Assembly (NCBI GenBank): GCA_963704755.1
Contig: OY969938.1
Location: 990,001-1,022,000, forward strand
Length of the DNA: 32,000 nucleotides
Source: an uncultured Chloroflexia bacterium
GTDB lineage: Bacteria; Chloroflexota; Anaerolineae; Anaerolineales; Anaerolineaceae
Reading direction: 5' to 3'
The stretch's first letter is position 1. Each line of letters starts with the position of its first letter. This document shows, piece after piece, positions 8,961 through 17,169 of this stretch. Both the position numbers and the translations under genes were made by a program. Under the pieces are notes generated by a model. That model was not told where the DNA came from. It made no database searches and was given only the letters and a program-made list of their open reading frames with translations.

Positions 8961-10082
8961 TTATCCTTTGCTGCCGAAAATAGCCCGCAGGAAGCGAAAC
9001 AAGATATCCAGGAAGCCGCCACCGCCGGTCTCCGGTGCAGGTTTGGGCAGCGGCTGTGAAGTCACCGTGGCGATTTGGGCGGCGCTGCAATATTGCTTGA
9101 TATAATCGTAGGGGATGCGGGCATAACCGGGCGCCACCGAACTTTGGCGGGCCCAGCCGGTGCCCCAACTGTTGCGAAAAATAAAATAGCCCCCACCGGG
9201 CACCTGGGGATCATCCTCATAGCCAACCATACAGATGGCGTGGCCGCCCTCCAGGTGATCGTTGGCCAGCGGCAAACGGAGATCACCGCTGGTCTGGGCC
9301 GGCTCGGCAAACCAGAAGGTATACACCGGTAGGGCAAAGGCCACCGGTGAGCCACCGGCCAGCGTCTGGCGAAAGCTGTCCACTGAGCGGGGTGGGAGCT
9401 TTTGGGTGCCTGATATACGATAAGATACTGCCTGGCTAGCCGCCCCCGCCGGCGGAGGATCCTGGCTCTCATTGCCGGCAATCGGGGTGGGGTTATAGGG
9501 CCAGGCCTGCTCCGGGCACTCGCCCTCATCCAACAGGCATTGCATCCCCACGCTGATCAGCGTGCCCGGGCCAGGCAGCAAGTCGTGTTTCTTGCAATCC
9601 CAATACAAAAACTGTTCCGAAAGGTCCGGTGTGGGCGCTGACGCGCCCAGCCAGAATTCCCGTACGGCGGTGGTGGCAAAAGCGACACAGGTGCCCCGCT
9701 GCCCCTGGTCGCGGATGGGCGGCATCTGGCCGTGCAAATCCACTTTGGGGGGCAGCGGGGCAAACGACACATCCGCTGATCCGCCGGTATCCCCGCCTTC
9801 GAGGGTATCCTGGGCGCCCAGGCCATGCCGGCGCACTTCATCCGGCGCAAAAGAAACGCCCGGGGGTAAAGCGTTCTGAGCCAGCTCGACCAGCCGGCCG
9901 GCCTGCTCTGCCGGCAGGACCAGGATTTGAGCCAAGTCGGCCAGGCCATTCTCCCTGGTCGCCGCGCTGACCAGCTCTTCGGCGGTCGTAATCCAGTAAG
10001 CCGCCAGCTTTTGCAGTGCATCCGCGGGAAAAGATGCGATGCCGCTCAATGGGGTCCCTTGTTTTTCTGTCGTATTTTCCAT
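8961..10082 (-). CDS. Papain-family (C1) cysteine peptidase, no signal peptide, C-terminal amphipathic tail
   Basis: IRDQGQRGTCVAFA (oxyanion Gln plus catalytic Cys132, codon 9687-9689), GGHAICMVGYED (His), YFIFRNSWGTGWA (Asn/Trp). An N-terminal ~100-aa helical region precedes the catalytic domain. The C-terminus is GGGGFLDILFRFLRAIFGSKG. Confidence 0.85.
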   Translation of the reverse strand: MENTTEKQGTPLSGIASFPADALQKLAAYWITTAEELVSAATRENGLADLAQILVLPAEQAGRLVELAQNALPPGVSFAPDEVRRHGLGAQDTLEGGDTGGSADVSFAPLPPKVDLHGQMPPIRDQGQRGTCVAFATTAVREFWLGASAPTPDLSEQFLYWDCKKHDLLPGPGTLISVGMQCLLDEGECPEQAWPYNPTPIAGNESQDPPPAGAASQAVSYRISGTQKLPPRSVDSFRQTLAGGSPVAFALPVYTFWFAEPAQTSGDLRLPLANDHLEGGHAICMVGYEDDPQVPGGGYFIFRNSWGTGWARQSSVAPGYARIPYDYIKQYCSAAQIATVTSQPLPKPAPETGGGGFLDILFRFLRAIFGSKG

Positions 10083-10121
10083 CCTTTCGAATCGTGATTA
10101 TTCAGGCATGTTCAATATGTT

Positions 10122-10186
10122 CCCGAATTTGAGGTGTTTGTAGGGGCTTCGCCCCCACAAACACCTCAAATTCGGGGTTCTTACCC
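10122..10186. repeat. Palindromic repeat, cccgaattt...ttcttaccc family (copy 1)
   Basis: cccgaatttgaggtgtttgt (10122-10141) pairs with acaaacacctcaaattcggg (10157-10176) around an aggggc-ttc-gcccc apex. It is followed by ttcttaccc (10178-10186). It sits in the only large gap of the operon. Confidence 0.85.
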
Positions 10187-10205
10187 GTTTGGCTGAACAA
10201 TTCCT

Positions 10206-11669
10206 TCAAATATTTTCTTTCGATAATTCGGCCGCCCGCAGTTTAACCGCAGGATCGCCGAATAAAACGTACCCTTCCGCATCGTTGCGCTCGATCCAGG
10301 TGGTGGCCAGGGTATTCTGATCCACATCCGCTCCCCAGCCGGCTTGCTGCAGGATGGCGCTCAGGCTGGTCGAAAGCGCCGCATAGCGCTCGTTAAAGTC
10401 CTTCAGGGCGTACCCCAACGGTTGGCCGGTCAAGATGCGCCCGATCGCGTTTTGAAAAGTCTGAATCTGCGGCCCGGCGGAGGGCGAAACGATCGAATAG
10501 CCCCAGGCGCGCTCCACGTGGCCGATACAGGCCAGCGCCCCACCGGCGGGATGGGCCAGCCAGGTTTGCGGCAGGGCCGCGAAAAAAGGCGCCTCGGCGA
10601 TACCCGGCGGGGGCTGCCCCGGCGTGTGGATAAACTGGTCCTGGGACGGGGTACCGGCGCCGTAACAGGCGAAATGGAAAATGACCATCCCGCGGACGCA
10701 GGCATTGGGCGGTACATCCGCCGCCGAAAAATAGTGCTCCGGCGCGATGGTTCCAAAGCCGGGCCAATCCTGGCAAAGCAAGGCGCCTTGCGCCTTTGGC
10801 TGGGCCGGATCGCCTCGCGGAAAGCCCATGCCGTGGCTGGCAGTAAAGAGGAACGCCGGCGGTTTTCCGCCGGCCGGTGCGCTGATGGTTTGCAGCAAAG
10901 CCGCCTTACTGGCCGCCTGGCCGATCAACTTTTGAGACTGGAAGCCCCATTGCCCGGCTACCCCGGGCGCAGCCGGTTCCTGGTCATGGGCCGGGCTGCC
11001 ATCCGCCAGCGGACCGGCCAATAGATCGGCCGAAATTTTGGTTGCCTGGTCGAAGGGGTGGCGAGTGGCGAAAAACACAGCCTCTTTTTTGTTTTCCACG
11101 CTCTCAGCCGTCTCGTATTCGATCACCGCGGCGGCGTAGGCGGCGTATTGGTCCGCCTGCTCGAAATACAACCGGCCAACCCCGTAATCGACGTCCAGCA
11201 ATTGGCCAAATTCGAAAGGGATCTGTACCGGGCTGCCGACCAGCAGTAAATAATAGGGCAGCCTGGTTGGCTGCACGTTGCCCGGCGAGACGCCATAGCG
11301 GCCCAGCCAGTCTTCCCATCCTTCGCCTGGCCGATAATCCAGCACCTTGACCAGGGCATCGTTCCCGATCTGTTTGCGGCGGTGTTCGATCAGGGTCTGG
11401 AAAGCGGCTTTGACCGCCGGGGTCTCGTCTTTGGCAAAAACGATGCCCCAGCCGGCCTGGCTGATCTCGGCCGGATCGACCCCCAGGGGCAGCCCCAGGA
11501 ATGGCGTGCGGATCTTGTGCCAGATGCTGGCCAGCCAATTCAGGGTATTTTTGTCACCCACTTCCCCGCGAGCCATTTGCGCTGCTGCCGAGACCGGCAT
11601 AGGCGCTACCAGGTACTCCCCGGTTATGCCGTTGATGCCATTCAGATAAATCAGGTCCTCATCGCTCAT
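10206..11669 (-). CDS. Gingipain-like (peptidase C25 / clan CD) cysteine peptidase, no signal peptide
   Basis: C25-like N-terminal pattern: YYLLLVGSPVQIPF ... DVDYGVGRL ... AAAVIEYE. Caspase-fold dyad candidates are FLFTASHGMG (His) and VIFHFACYGAG (Cys). GGGAGA RBS lies upstream of ATG 11669. Family assignment is by motif memory only. Confidence 0.6.
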   Translation of the reverse strand: MSDEDLIYLNGINGITGEYLVAPMPVSAAAQMARGEVGDKNTLNWLASIWHKIRTPFLGLPLGVDPAEISQAGWGIVFAKDETPAVKAAFQTLIEHRRKQIGNDALVKVLDYRPGEGWEDWLGRYGVSPGNVQPTRLPYYLLLVGSPVQIPFEFGQLLDVDYGVGRLYFEQADQYAAYAAAVIEYETAESVENKKEAVFFATRHPFDQATKISADLLAGPLADGSPAHDQEPAAPGVAGQWGFQSQKLIGQAASKAALLQTISAPAGGKPPAFLFTASHGMGFPRGDPAQPKAQGALLCQDWPGFGTIAPEHYFSAADVPPNACVRGMVIFHFACYGAGTPSQDQFIHTPGQPPPGIAEAPFFAALPQTWLAHPAGGALACIGHVERAWGYSIVSPSAGPQIQTFQNAIGRILTGQPLGYALKDFNERYAALSTSLSAILQQAGWGADVDQNTLATTWIERNDAEGYVLFGDPAVKLRAAELSKENI

Positions 11670-11710
11670 GCATGTCTCCCGCTGTTGAAATCCTGCCTCA
11701 AGCCGGGCTC

Positions 11711-13075
11711 TTACTGGAAAGCATCGCCGGAAAACTCGAGCCAGATAAAAGCACCGTAAGGCTGGGCATCAGCCTGCTTGACCGCGGCCTGGATATCGGC
11801 CTGGGACATGGGCGTCACCTGGCTGGCAATGTTGACGTCGCCCAGGTATTGCTGTAATTCACCGCCGAATGACTCGCCGTTGTAATCGTCCGGTGATACG
11901 CCGATGGTGATCGTCCCAAACGCATTGTAGAAATCGCCAGATTGGTAGGTCGCGCTGGCCTGGTTGGGATCATAGGCATATCCGCGCGCATCCGCCTGGA
12001 CGGCCTGGGGAAAATCCACTTCGGCGGTCACATCCGAATCCAACCAGAGGTCCTGGACCATGGTTGTCCAGGGAAAGGTGGCCAGGAAAGCCTTCTGCAA
12101 ATTGGTATCTTTCCAGGCGCTTCCGGCTACGTGAACGGTCACCTTACCGGTTGGCGGTGCCAGAAAGCTCGGAAAGGGCAGGTTTTCAGCCTGGGCCCTG
12201 GCCTGGGCACTCTCATACCATTTGTCGATTTCGGGGTGTTTGGCGATCAATTCCGGCCGCATGGCCTGCCAGACCTCGAGCTGCACCGGGCTGCGTCCTT
12301 CGATACCCCCCAGAACCGGCGTTTCCTGGCCCGGAACGGAAAACCACAGCTCCCCGGCCGGTAAGCGAGAATTTCCGGTCAGCGAGCCGGTCTGCGGATC
12401 GACCACCCCGTGCAGGCTGACCGCGCCTTCGTACACCTGGACCATGCTGAGCTTTTCATCCGGCAAGTACAACACCGTAAACCAGGTGCCATTGGTCTGT
12501 ACGGTCGAACCGGGAGTTTGGATGTCCACACTCGAAAGGCAGTCGTTCAGCACCCCGGTCAACCCGGCCGTGGCGCACACTCCCAGCCCGCTGGCCGAAT
12601 CTTCTTTGCGGCAGGTCTGGCGGGTCAACCCGGCGCTTTGAAACAAGAACAGCTTCAGGCAGCCCTGGATCTGGATTTCGGCCTGGCCGTTTTTATCGGT
12701 CGTGACCTGGCTATCGGCCTGCAAATCGACCAGGTCATTGGTCAAGACTTCCGCAAGCGGTTGAGTCTGGCCGGCAAAGACCGAGGAAACCAGCCGTTGG
12801 ACCTGCGAATTGACTTTAACCACGGCTACCTGGGTCGGCTGCGGAGTAATCGTATCCAACAGTGCCGCGGTGGGCGTCAGCGTGTCCAAAACGGTCGTCG
12901 CTGTGGCCGGATTGGTAGCGGTTGGGGCGAACGCCTGGGTCACCTCCAGGGCAGGCGGCTGTGGGGTTGGCGATGGGCTGGCTTGTGGGGCAGCCGAACA
13001 GGCCGGTATGGCCAGGGCTAACAAGATTAATAATCCCCAGGTACTACCTTGGGGTCGATTGGTTTTACCTTTCAT
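11711..13075 (-). CDS. FecR-domain-like lipoprotein with Pro/Thr-rich linker
   Basis: Signal peptide plus lipobox (LLALAIPAC/S). AAGGAG RBS lies 7 nt before ATG 13075; a GTG at 13078 is also possible. The P/T/A-rich linker is followed by LVDLQADSQVTTDKNGQAEIQI...LFLFQSAGL and GTWFTVLYL...VQVYEGAVSL, which resemble the FecR beta-sandwich pattern. Confidence 0.6.
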   Translation of the reverse strand: MKGKTNRPQGSTWGLLILLALAIPACSAAPQASPSPTPQPPALEVTQAFAPTATNPATATTVLDTLTPTAALLDTITPQPTQVAVVKVNSQVQRLVSSVFAGQTQPLAEVLTNDLVDLQADSQVTTDKNGQAEIQIQGCLKLFLFQSAGLTRQTCRKEDSASGLGVCATAGLTGVLNDCLSSVDIQTPGSTVQTNGTWFTVLYLPDEKLSMVQVYEGAVSLHGVVDPQTGSLTGNSRLPAGELWFSVPGQETPVLGGIEGRSPVQLEVWQAMRPELIAKHPEIDKWYESAQARAQAENLPFPSFLAPPTGKVTVHVAGSAWKDTNLQKAFLATFPWTTMVQDLWLDSDVTAEVDFPQAVQADARGYAYDPNQASATYQSGDFYNAFGTITIGVSPDDYNGESFGGELQQYLGDVNIASQVTPMSQADIQAAVKQADAQPYGAFIWLEFSGDAFQ

Positions 13076-13092
13076 CACCGCACTCCTTCGCG

Positions 13093-16000
13093 CTAATCTT
13101 CACCGCTTTCGATAAACCTGCTCCAGCGCGTATACCAGCGCTGCGCCACACCCCGGCCGGCCAAGGCGCCCAGGGTCAGCGCCAGGCCGCATAACCCGGC
13201 CTCGATCAAAGCCAATACCTGGTTCCAGCCCGCGAAATGGGCCATCCAGGTCTGCCACCAGCCGGCTGTAAAATGATCGAATTCGCTCGCGAAAAAAGAT
13301 CCCGACAGGGCAATCGCTATCCCGCTGCCCAGGGCCGGCCAGGCCAGGAACAGCGCCTCGACCAGCCCAAACGTGACCGCACCGGCCAGGCCTCGCGCCA
13401 GCCGGCCGAGGGGCGAATCTCCCCGTCCTAAATACAGGGCCGCGCTGAAGCCGGCTCCCGCCAGGAACCCCAGCGGCAGCACTGCCGGGGCTTTGGATAT
13501 CGAAATGCCATTCAAGAGGGCCACGACCAGGTTGGCCAGCCCAAAACCCAGCCAGCCCAGTACAAACACCAGCCCGTTCCTTTGCGGCCGTCCGGGTTGG
13601 CTCTGCCGGTCCAGGCGCAGGGACCTGGCCATCCCGGCTGTCAGGGCAGTGACCCCGGCCAGTAACAGGCCCCAGTACGAAAACAGCGCGAAAAAGATCG
13701 TCCCAAGCTGCGACTGGCTCAACCAGCCCACCACCAGCCGCTCGAACCCCAGGGCCAATCCAGCGCCAATCCCGGTCCCGGCCGCGATCCAGGTGATCTG
13801 GCATCCATTGCGCAAAATCCGCCGGCCGGCGCGCCAGCCATAGACGGCCAGCCTTTGCAGCACGCTGGCTTTCTTGATTTCCGCCACGGCCTGCCCGGCA
13901 TCGGCCAGGGCGCCGGCCAGTTCTGCCCGGCGGATAAACCGGCGGCCGGAGGTATCCAGGTCTGCCAGGGCATGCTCCAGGCGATAAAATGCCTCGCGTT
14001 GCCCCTCCTGAAGGGCCATCAGCGCCAGGGCTGCCGTTCGCCGGCCAATAGTATCCCGGCCGGCCGCGGCGGCCCAGGCCAGGTCGCCATACCCGCCTTC
14101 CTGTTCGGGCCTCTTGGGCAAGTCCGGATCGTTCAAGCCCAGCAGCCGCCCGGCCAGTTCACGAGCCGAGCCTTTCAACGGGTTCACCCCGGCCACCATC
14201 CCGCCCAGTTCGATTGCGCGGATGAAACCCAGACTGCTTTCCAGTGCTTGCAGCCTGTCCAGCCAGGGGCCGGCCGGAACATCCCGGGCTACGGCCGAGC
14301 GCAGTAAAAACAGCACCTTTACCGGTCTTGGATCCAGGTGAGCGCCGTATTCTTCCAGCTTGCGCAATTGGGCCCGGCCGGCCAGGGCGCGATCGCCGGT
14401 TTTGCTTCCCCGGGCGGCCTGAGCAATCTCGGCTAACCAGATCCGCCAGGCCCGCTCCAGCTCGTCACCGGCATTGTAGGCTTGCTGCACCTGCTCACCG
14501 CCCAGGCGGATGGCCTCGTCGGCGATCATCTGGTTAGGAAAGGCGTACCGGTAACAGCCCTGGTTCAGGCGCCGGACCAACAGTTCGGCCTTGACCAGGC
14601 GTTCCAAAATCTGCTCCACGGCCGGCGGAGCCAGCGCCGGCCCTTGCCCGTCCTTGAAGCCATTCAGCGCCGGACTGGCAAGGATCTGCTCTGGCGCAGC
14701 CCAATGGTCCATTTCCGGTGCCGCCATGGCGACCAGGATTTGCCCGGCCAGCCCGGACTGGTCGGCAAAATGGGTTTCCAATTCGTCCTTCATGTAGCGC
14801 ACCAGGATGCCATCCGCACCGCCGGCCTGCTTCAGGTACAGGTTTTCATCGATCAAAGGCGGGTGCAGCTCGCGGGCATGCTGGTACAGCCAGGTGCAGG
14901 TGATCTGTAGCTGGCCGGGGTCAACCCAGGCGGCCGTGTCCTCTGCGCTCGAATCGGTGTACAGGTTGGCCAGGTCGGGGGCAATCAACTCGCGGGCCAG
15001 GGTGGGGTTCAGCGTGACCGGCCAACCCAACGTATCCAGCGGATCGACGATAGCTTCCACGGCCTCATCCAATCCCAACGGTTCCACTTCGATCCAGTTG
15101 CCCGAGCGGTTGGCCAGCCAGGCCTGTAAGTCTCCCAGGTTGGCCAGTGCATCCTTGTGAATCGCGAAGACCAGCTTCAGGCGCTCACCCAGGGCCTCCA
15201 GGGCGGCATTCAATTCGGCCAGCATGGCTTGCTGGTGTTTCCCCTCCAGGCCGGTCACCTGCTCGAACTGGTCCAGGATCAAAGCCAGGGCGGCAAACTG
15301 GCTGAAATTGACCGTGCGCAGCACCTCTGCCAGGGGCGCGTCTCCGCCGACACCCGGGTTGACCGGGTGGCCGGCCACGCGGTAGCCCAGGCGGAATTCT
15401 TGGGCCAGGTCGGCATACGCCGCGATCGAAACTACCAGCCAGTTCTCCTGCTCCAAAACCGGGCGCAGCCCGGCCTCGACCAGCGAGGTCAGCCCTACCC
15501 CGGCTTCGCCGAACACGAGGGTGAGTGGGTAATCGTTCAGGTGCTGGCGGATCTCGGCGATCACCTTTTTGCGCCCGTTGAACAAGTCCTGGTCCTCGCA
15601 CTGGTAAGGCGCCAGGAATTTGTACGGTAGGCGTTGAGCCGGTTTGAAGCGCTGCTCGGGGTTGAACAGGATCCCATCCGGCAGGTGCATGTACAGCACC
15701 GGCACGGCCCACTGCCCGCCGGCTTGCTCCAACAGACCGGCCCGGGCGCGGTTGACCGCCAGGTCCACGCAGCCGGTCTCGAGCAGGCTGGCGAACATCT
15801 GGCAGGCGAACTGGCGCGCCACCTGGTTCTCGACCCGGGCTTGCATACACACCAAAGCCGGGCATCCGGCCCGGACCAATTGCGGTCCCACCCCGGCGAA
15901 GGCATCCTGGCTGGACTGCTGCCCACTCTCACAAGCCGCCAGGAAGATCAGCTCCGGCAGGCGCGGAACGGTGCCGAACAGCTTGACCAGTTCAGCCGAC

Positions 16001-16746
16001 GAGACGCCCACCGGCCCCTGGCTGCCGTCGGGGTAGGTCCCGCTCATCAGCAAGTAGCCGGTCTGCTCGCTCTCCTTCCAATCGCCGTGGCCGACATAAT
16101 ACAGGATATCGAAACCGCCTTCCTGGTTGAGCCGGTCGGCCAGTTGCTGGGCCGTGACCGCGCCGGAGAGCACGTCGTACTCAATCTGCCCGCTGAAACG
16201 GCCGAAAACCTCCTGGATCGATTGCTGCTCCTGGTTTACATCCACGTAAAGGGAGTTGCCGGGCGGAAAGGGGCTGGAAATCAGCACCAGCGCCTTGAGC
16301 GGGCCGGCCGGGAGCGGCAAACCCCAGGGCTGGTCATTTTGCAGGAAGCGTGAAAAATACAGGCCGGCCGCCGGTGCGGCCGGAACCCAGTTGTCCCCCT
16401 CCGGCCGGTACAACCGCTCCCAGGGAATGCGCTGCAGGGCCGGGACCGTTTCATCCAGGTGCAGGCGCAGGCGGATTCCCCGCTCGCCGGCCGCCGTAAC
16501 TGCTCCTTGAAAAGCGCCGGCCAGGCTGCCCGGCAGCAGAGATTGGTACAGCAACTCGCCCAGTGCCTGAGCCGCGTCTGCGCCGGGCTTTTCTTGCAAC
16601 GAACCTGCCTGGGTGGTCAAACCGGCCGGGTCAAGCGTCCCTGAGCCTCCGCTGCCGTCCGGCAGTTCCAGGCGTACCCGGCAAGGTTGTCCGGCCCCTT
16701 GCGAAAGCACTTCTATGCTGACCGGATCCGGCGAAAATTTGAGCAT
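13093..16746 (-). CDS. CHAT-domain protease fused to a STAND-like P-loop NTPase module and a C-terminal 6-7 TM domain
   Basis: CHAT: IPWERLY, ILYYVGHGDW (His220, codon 16087-16089), LIFLAACESGQ (Cys272, codon 15931-15933). NTPase-like: FNGRKKVIAEI...LTLVFGEAGVGLTSLVEAGL (Walker A without Lys, 15487-15510) and ALILDQFEQV (Walker B). The last ~236 aa (13093-~13800) form 6-7 hydrophobic helices. Confidence 0.85.
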   Translation of the reverse strand: MLKFSPDPVSIEVLSQGAGQPCRVRLELPDGSGGSGTLDPAGLTTQAGSLQEKPGADAAQALGELLYQSLLPGSLAGAFQGAVTAAGERGIRLRLHLDETVPALQRIPWERLYRPEGDNWVPAAPAAGLYFSRFLQNDQPWGLPLPAGPLKALVLISSPFPPGNSLYVDVNQEQQSIQEVFGRFSGQIEYDVLSGAVTAQQLADRLNQEGGFDILYYVGHGDWKESEQTGYLLMSGTYPDGSQGPVGVSSAELVKLFGTVPRLPELIFLAACESGQQSSQDAFAGVGPQLVRAGCPALVCMQARVENQVARQFACQMFASLLETGCVDLAVNRARAGLLEQAGGQWAVPVLYMHLPDGILFNPEQRFKPAQRLPYKFLAPYQCEDQDLFNGRKKVIAEIRQHLNDYPLTLVFGEAGVGLTSLVEAGLRPVLEQENWLVVSIAAYADLAQEFRLGYRVAGHPVNPGVGGDAPLAEVLRTVNFSQFAALALILDQFEQVTGLEGKHQQAMLAELNAALEALGERLKLVFAIHKDALANLGDLQAWLANRSGNWIEVEPLGLDEAVEAIVDPLDTLGWPVTLNPTLARELIAPDLANLYTDSSAEDTAAWVDPGQLQITCTWLYQHARELHPPLIDENLYLKQAGGADGILVRYMKDELETHFADQSGLAGQILVAMAAPEMDHWAAPEQILASPALNGFKDGQGPALAPPAVEQILERLVKAELLVRRLNQGCYRYAFPNQMIADEAIRLGGEQVQQAYNAGDELERAWRIWLAEIAQAARGSKTGDRALAGRAQLRKLEEYGAHLDPRPVKVLFLLRSAVARDVPAGPWLDRLQALESSLGFIRAIELGGMVAGVNPLKGSARELAGRLLGLNDPDLPKRPEQEGGYGDLAWAAAAGRDTIGRRTAALALMALQEGQREAFYRLEHALADLDTSGRRFIRRAELAGALADAGQAVAEIKKASVLQRLAVYGWRAGRRILRNGCQITWIAAGTGIGAGLALGFERLVVGWLSQSQLGTIFFALFSYWGLLLAGVTALTAGMARSLRLDRQSQPGRPQRNGLVFVLGWLGFGLANLVVALLNGISISKAPAVLPLGFLAGAGFSAALYLGRGDSPLGRLARGLAGAVTFGLVEALFLAWPALGSGIAIALSGSFFASEFDHFTAGWWQTWMAHFAGWNQVLALIEAGLCGLALTLGALAGRGVAQRWYTRWSRFIESGED

Positions 16747-16770
16747 TCCAACCTGATGGCGCGAGGGTAG

Positions 16771-17112
16771 TCAGCGTCCGGCGTAGAAATTGATCAGGTT
16801 CGGTTTTGGCTTATCTCCTGGAGAATAGGAGATCGGCCCGGAACCGGATGGCTTGACCGGCAGCACCGAAGCGAAGCCTTTGAGGATCAAAGGAGCCGTA
16901 ATGCCCACGTTGATCGACGTCCAGGGGTTATCCGGCCGGATGCCCTGGATCAGCACCAATCCCCCGGAGGCCAGCACCATCACAAAAGTCACCCCCCAAT
17001 AGAAGCCGCTGCGTAGATAAGTGGGCAGGTTGGGCGATTCACGCAGTGAATACCATTTGAGCAGTTCGCCCAACACACCGCCGATGACACCGTAGATAAA
17101 GCTCATAGCCAT
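16771..17112 (-). CDS. Small integral membrane protein (3 predicted TM helices), unknown function
   Basis: ORF 16771..17133. ATG at 17112 (MAMSFIYGV...) is preceded by GGAGGTGG at good spacing, so it is preferred over 17133. Hydrophobic segments: FIYGVIGGVLGELL, FYWGVTFVMVLASGGLVLI, INVGITAPLILKGFASVL. Confidence 0.65.
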   Translation of the reverse strand: MAMSFIYGVIGGVLGELLKWYSLRESPNLPTYLRSGFYWGVTFVMVLASGGLVLIQGIRPDNPWTSINVGITAPLILKGFASVLPVKPSGSGPISYSPGDKPKPNLINFYAGR

Positions 17113-17169
17113 TTTCCACCTCCGTAAGGCCATGCCAACTTGAATAAAATTTATCCCTCCCCATGGGGG

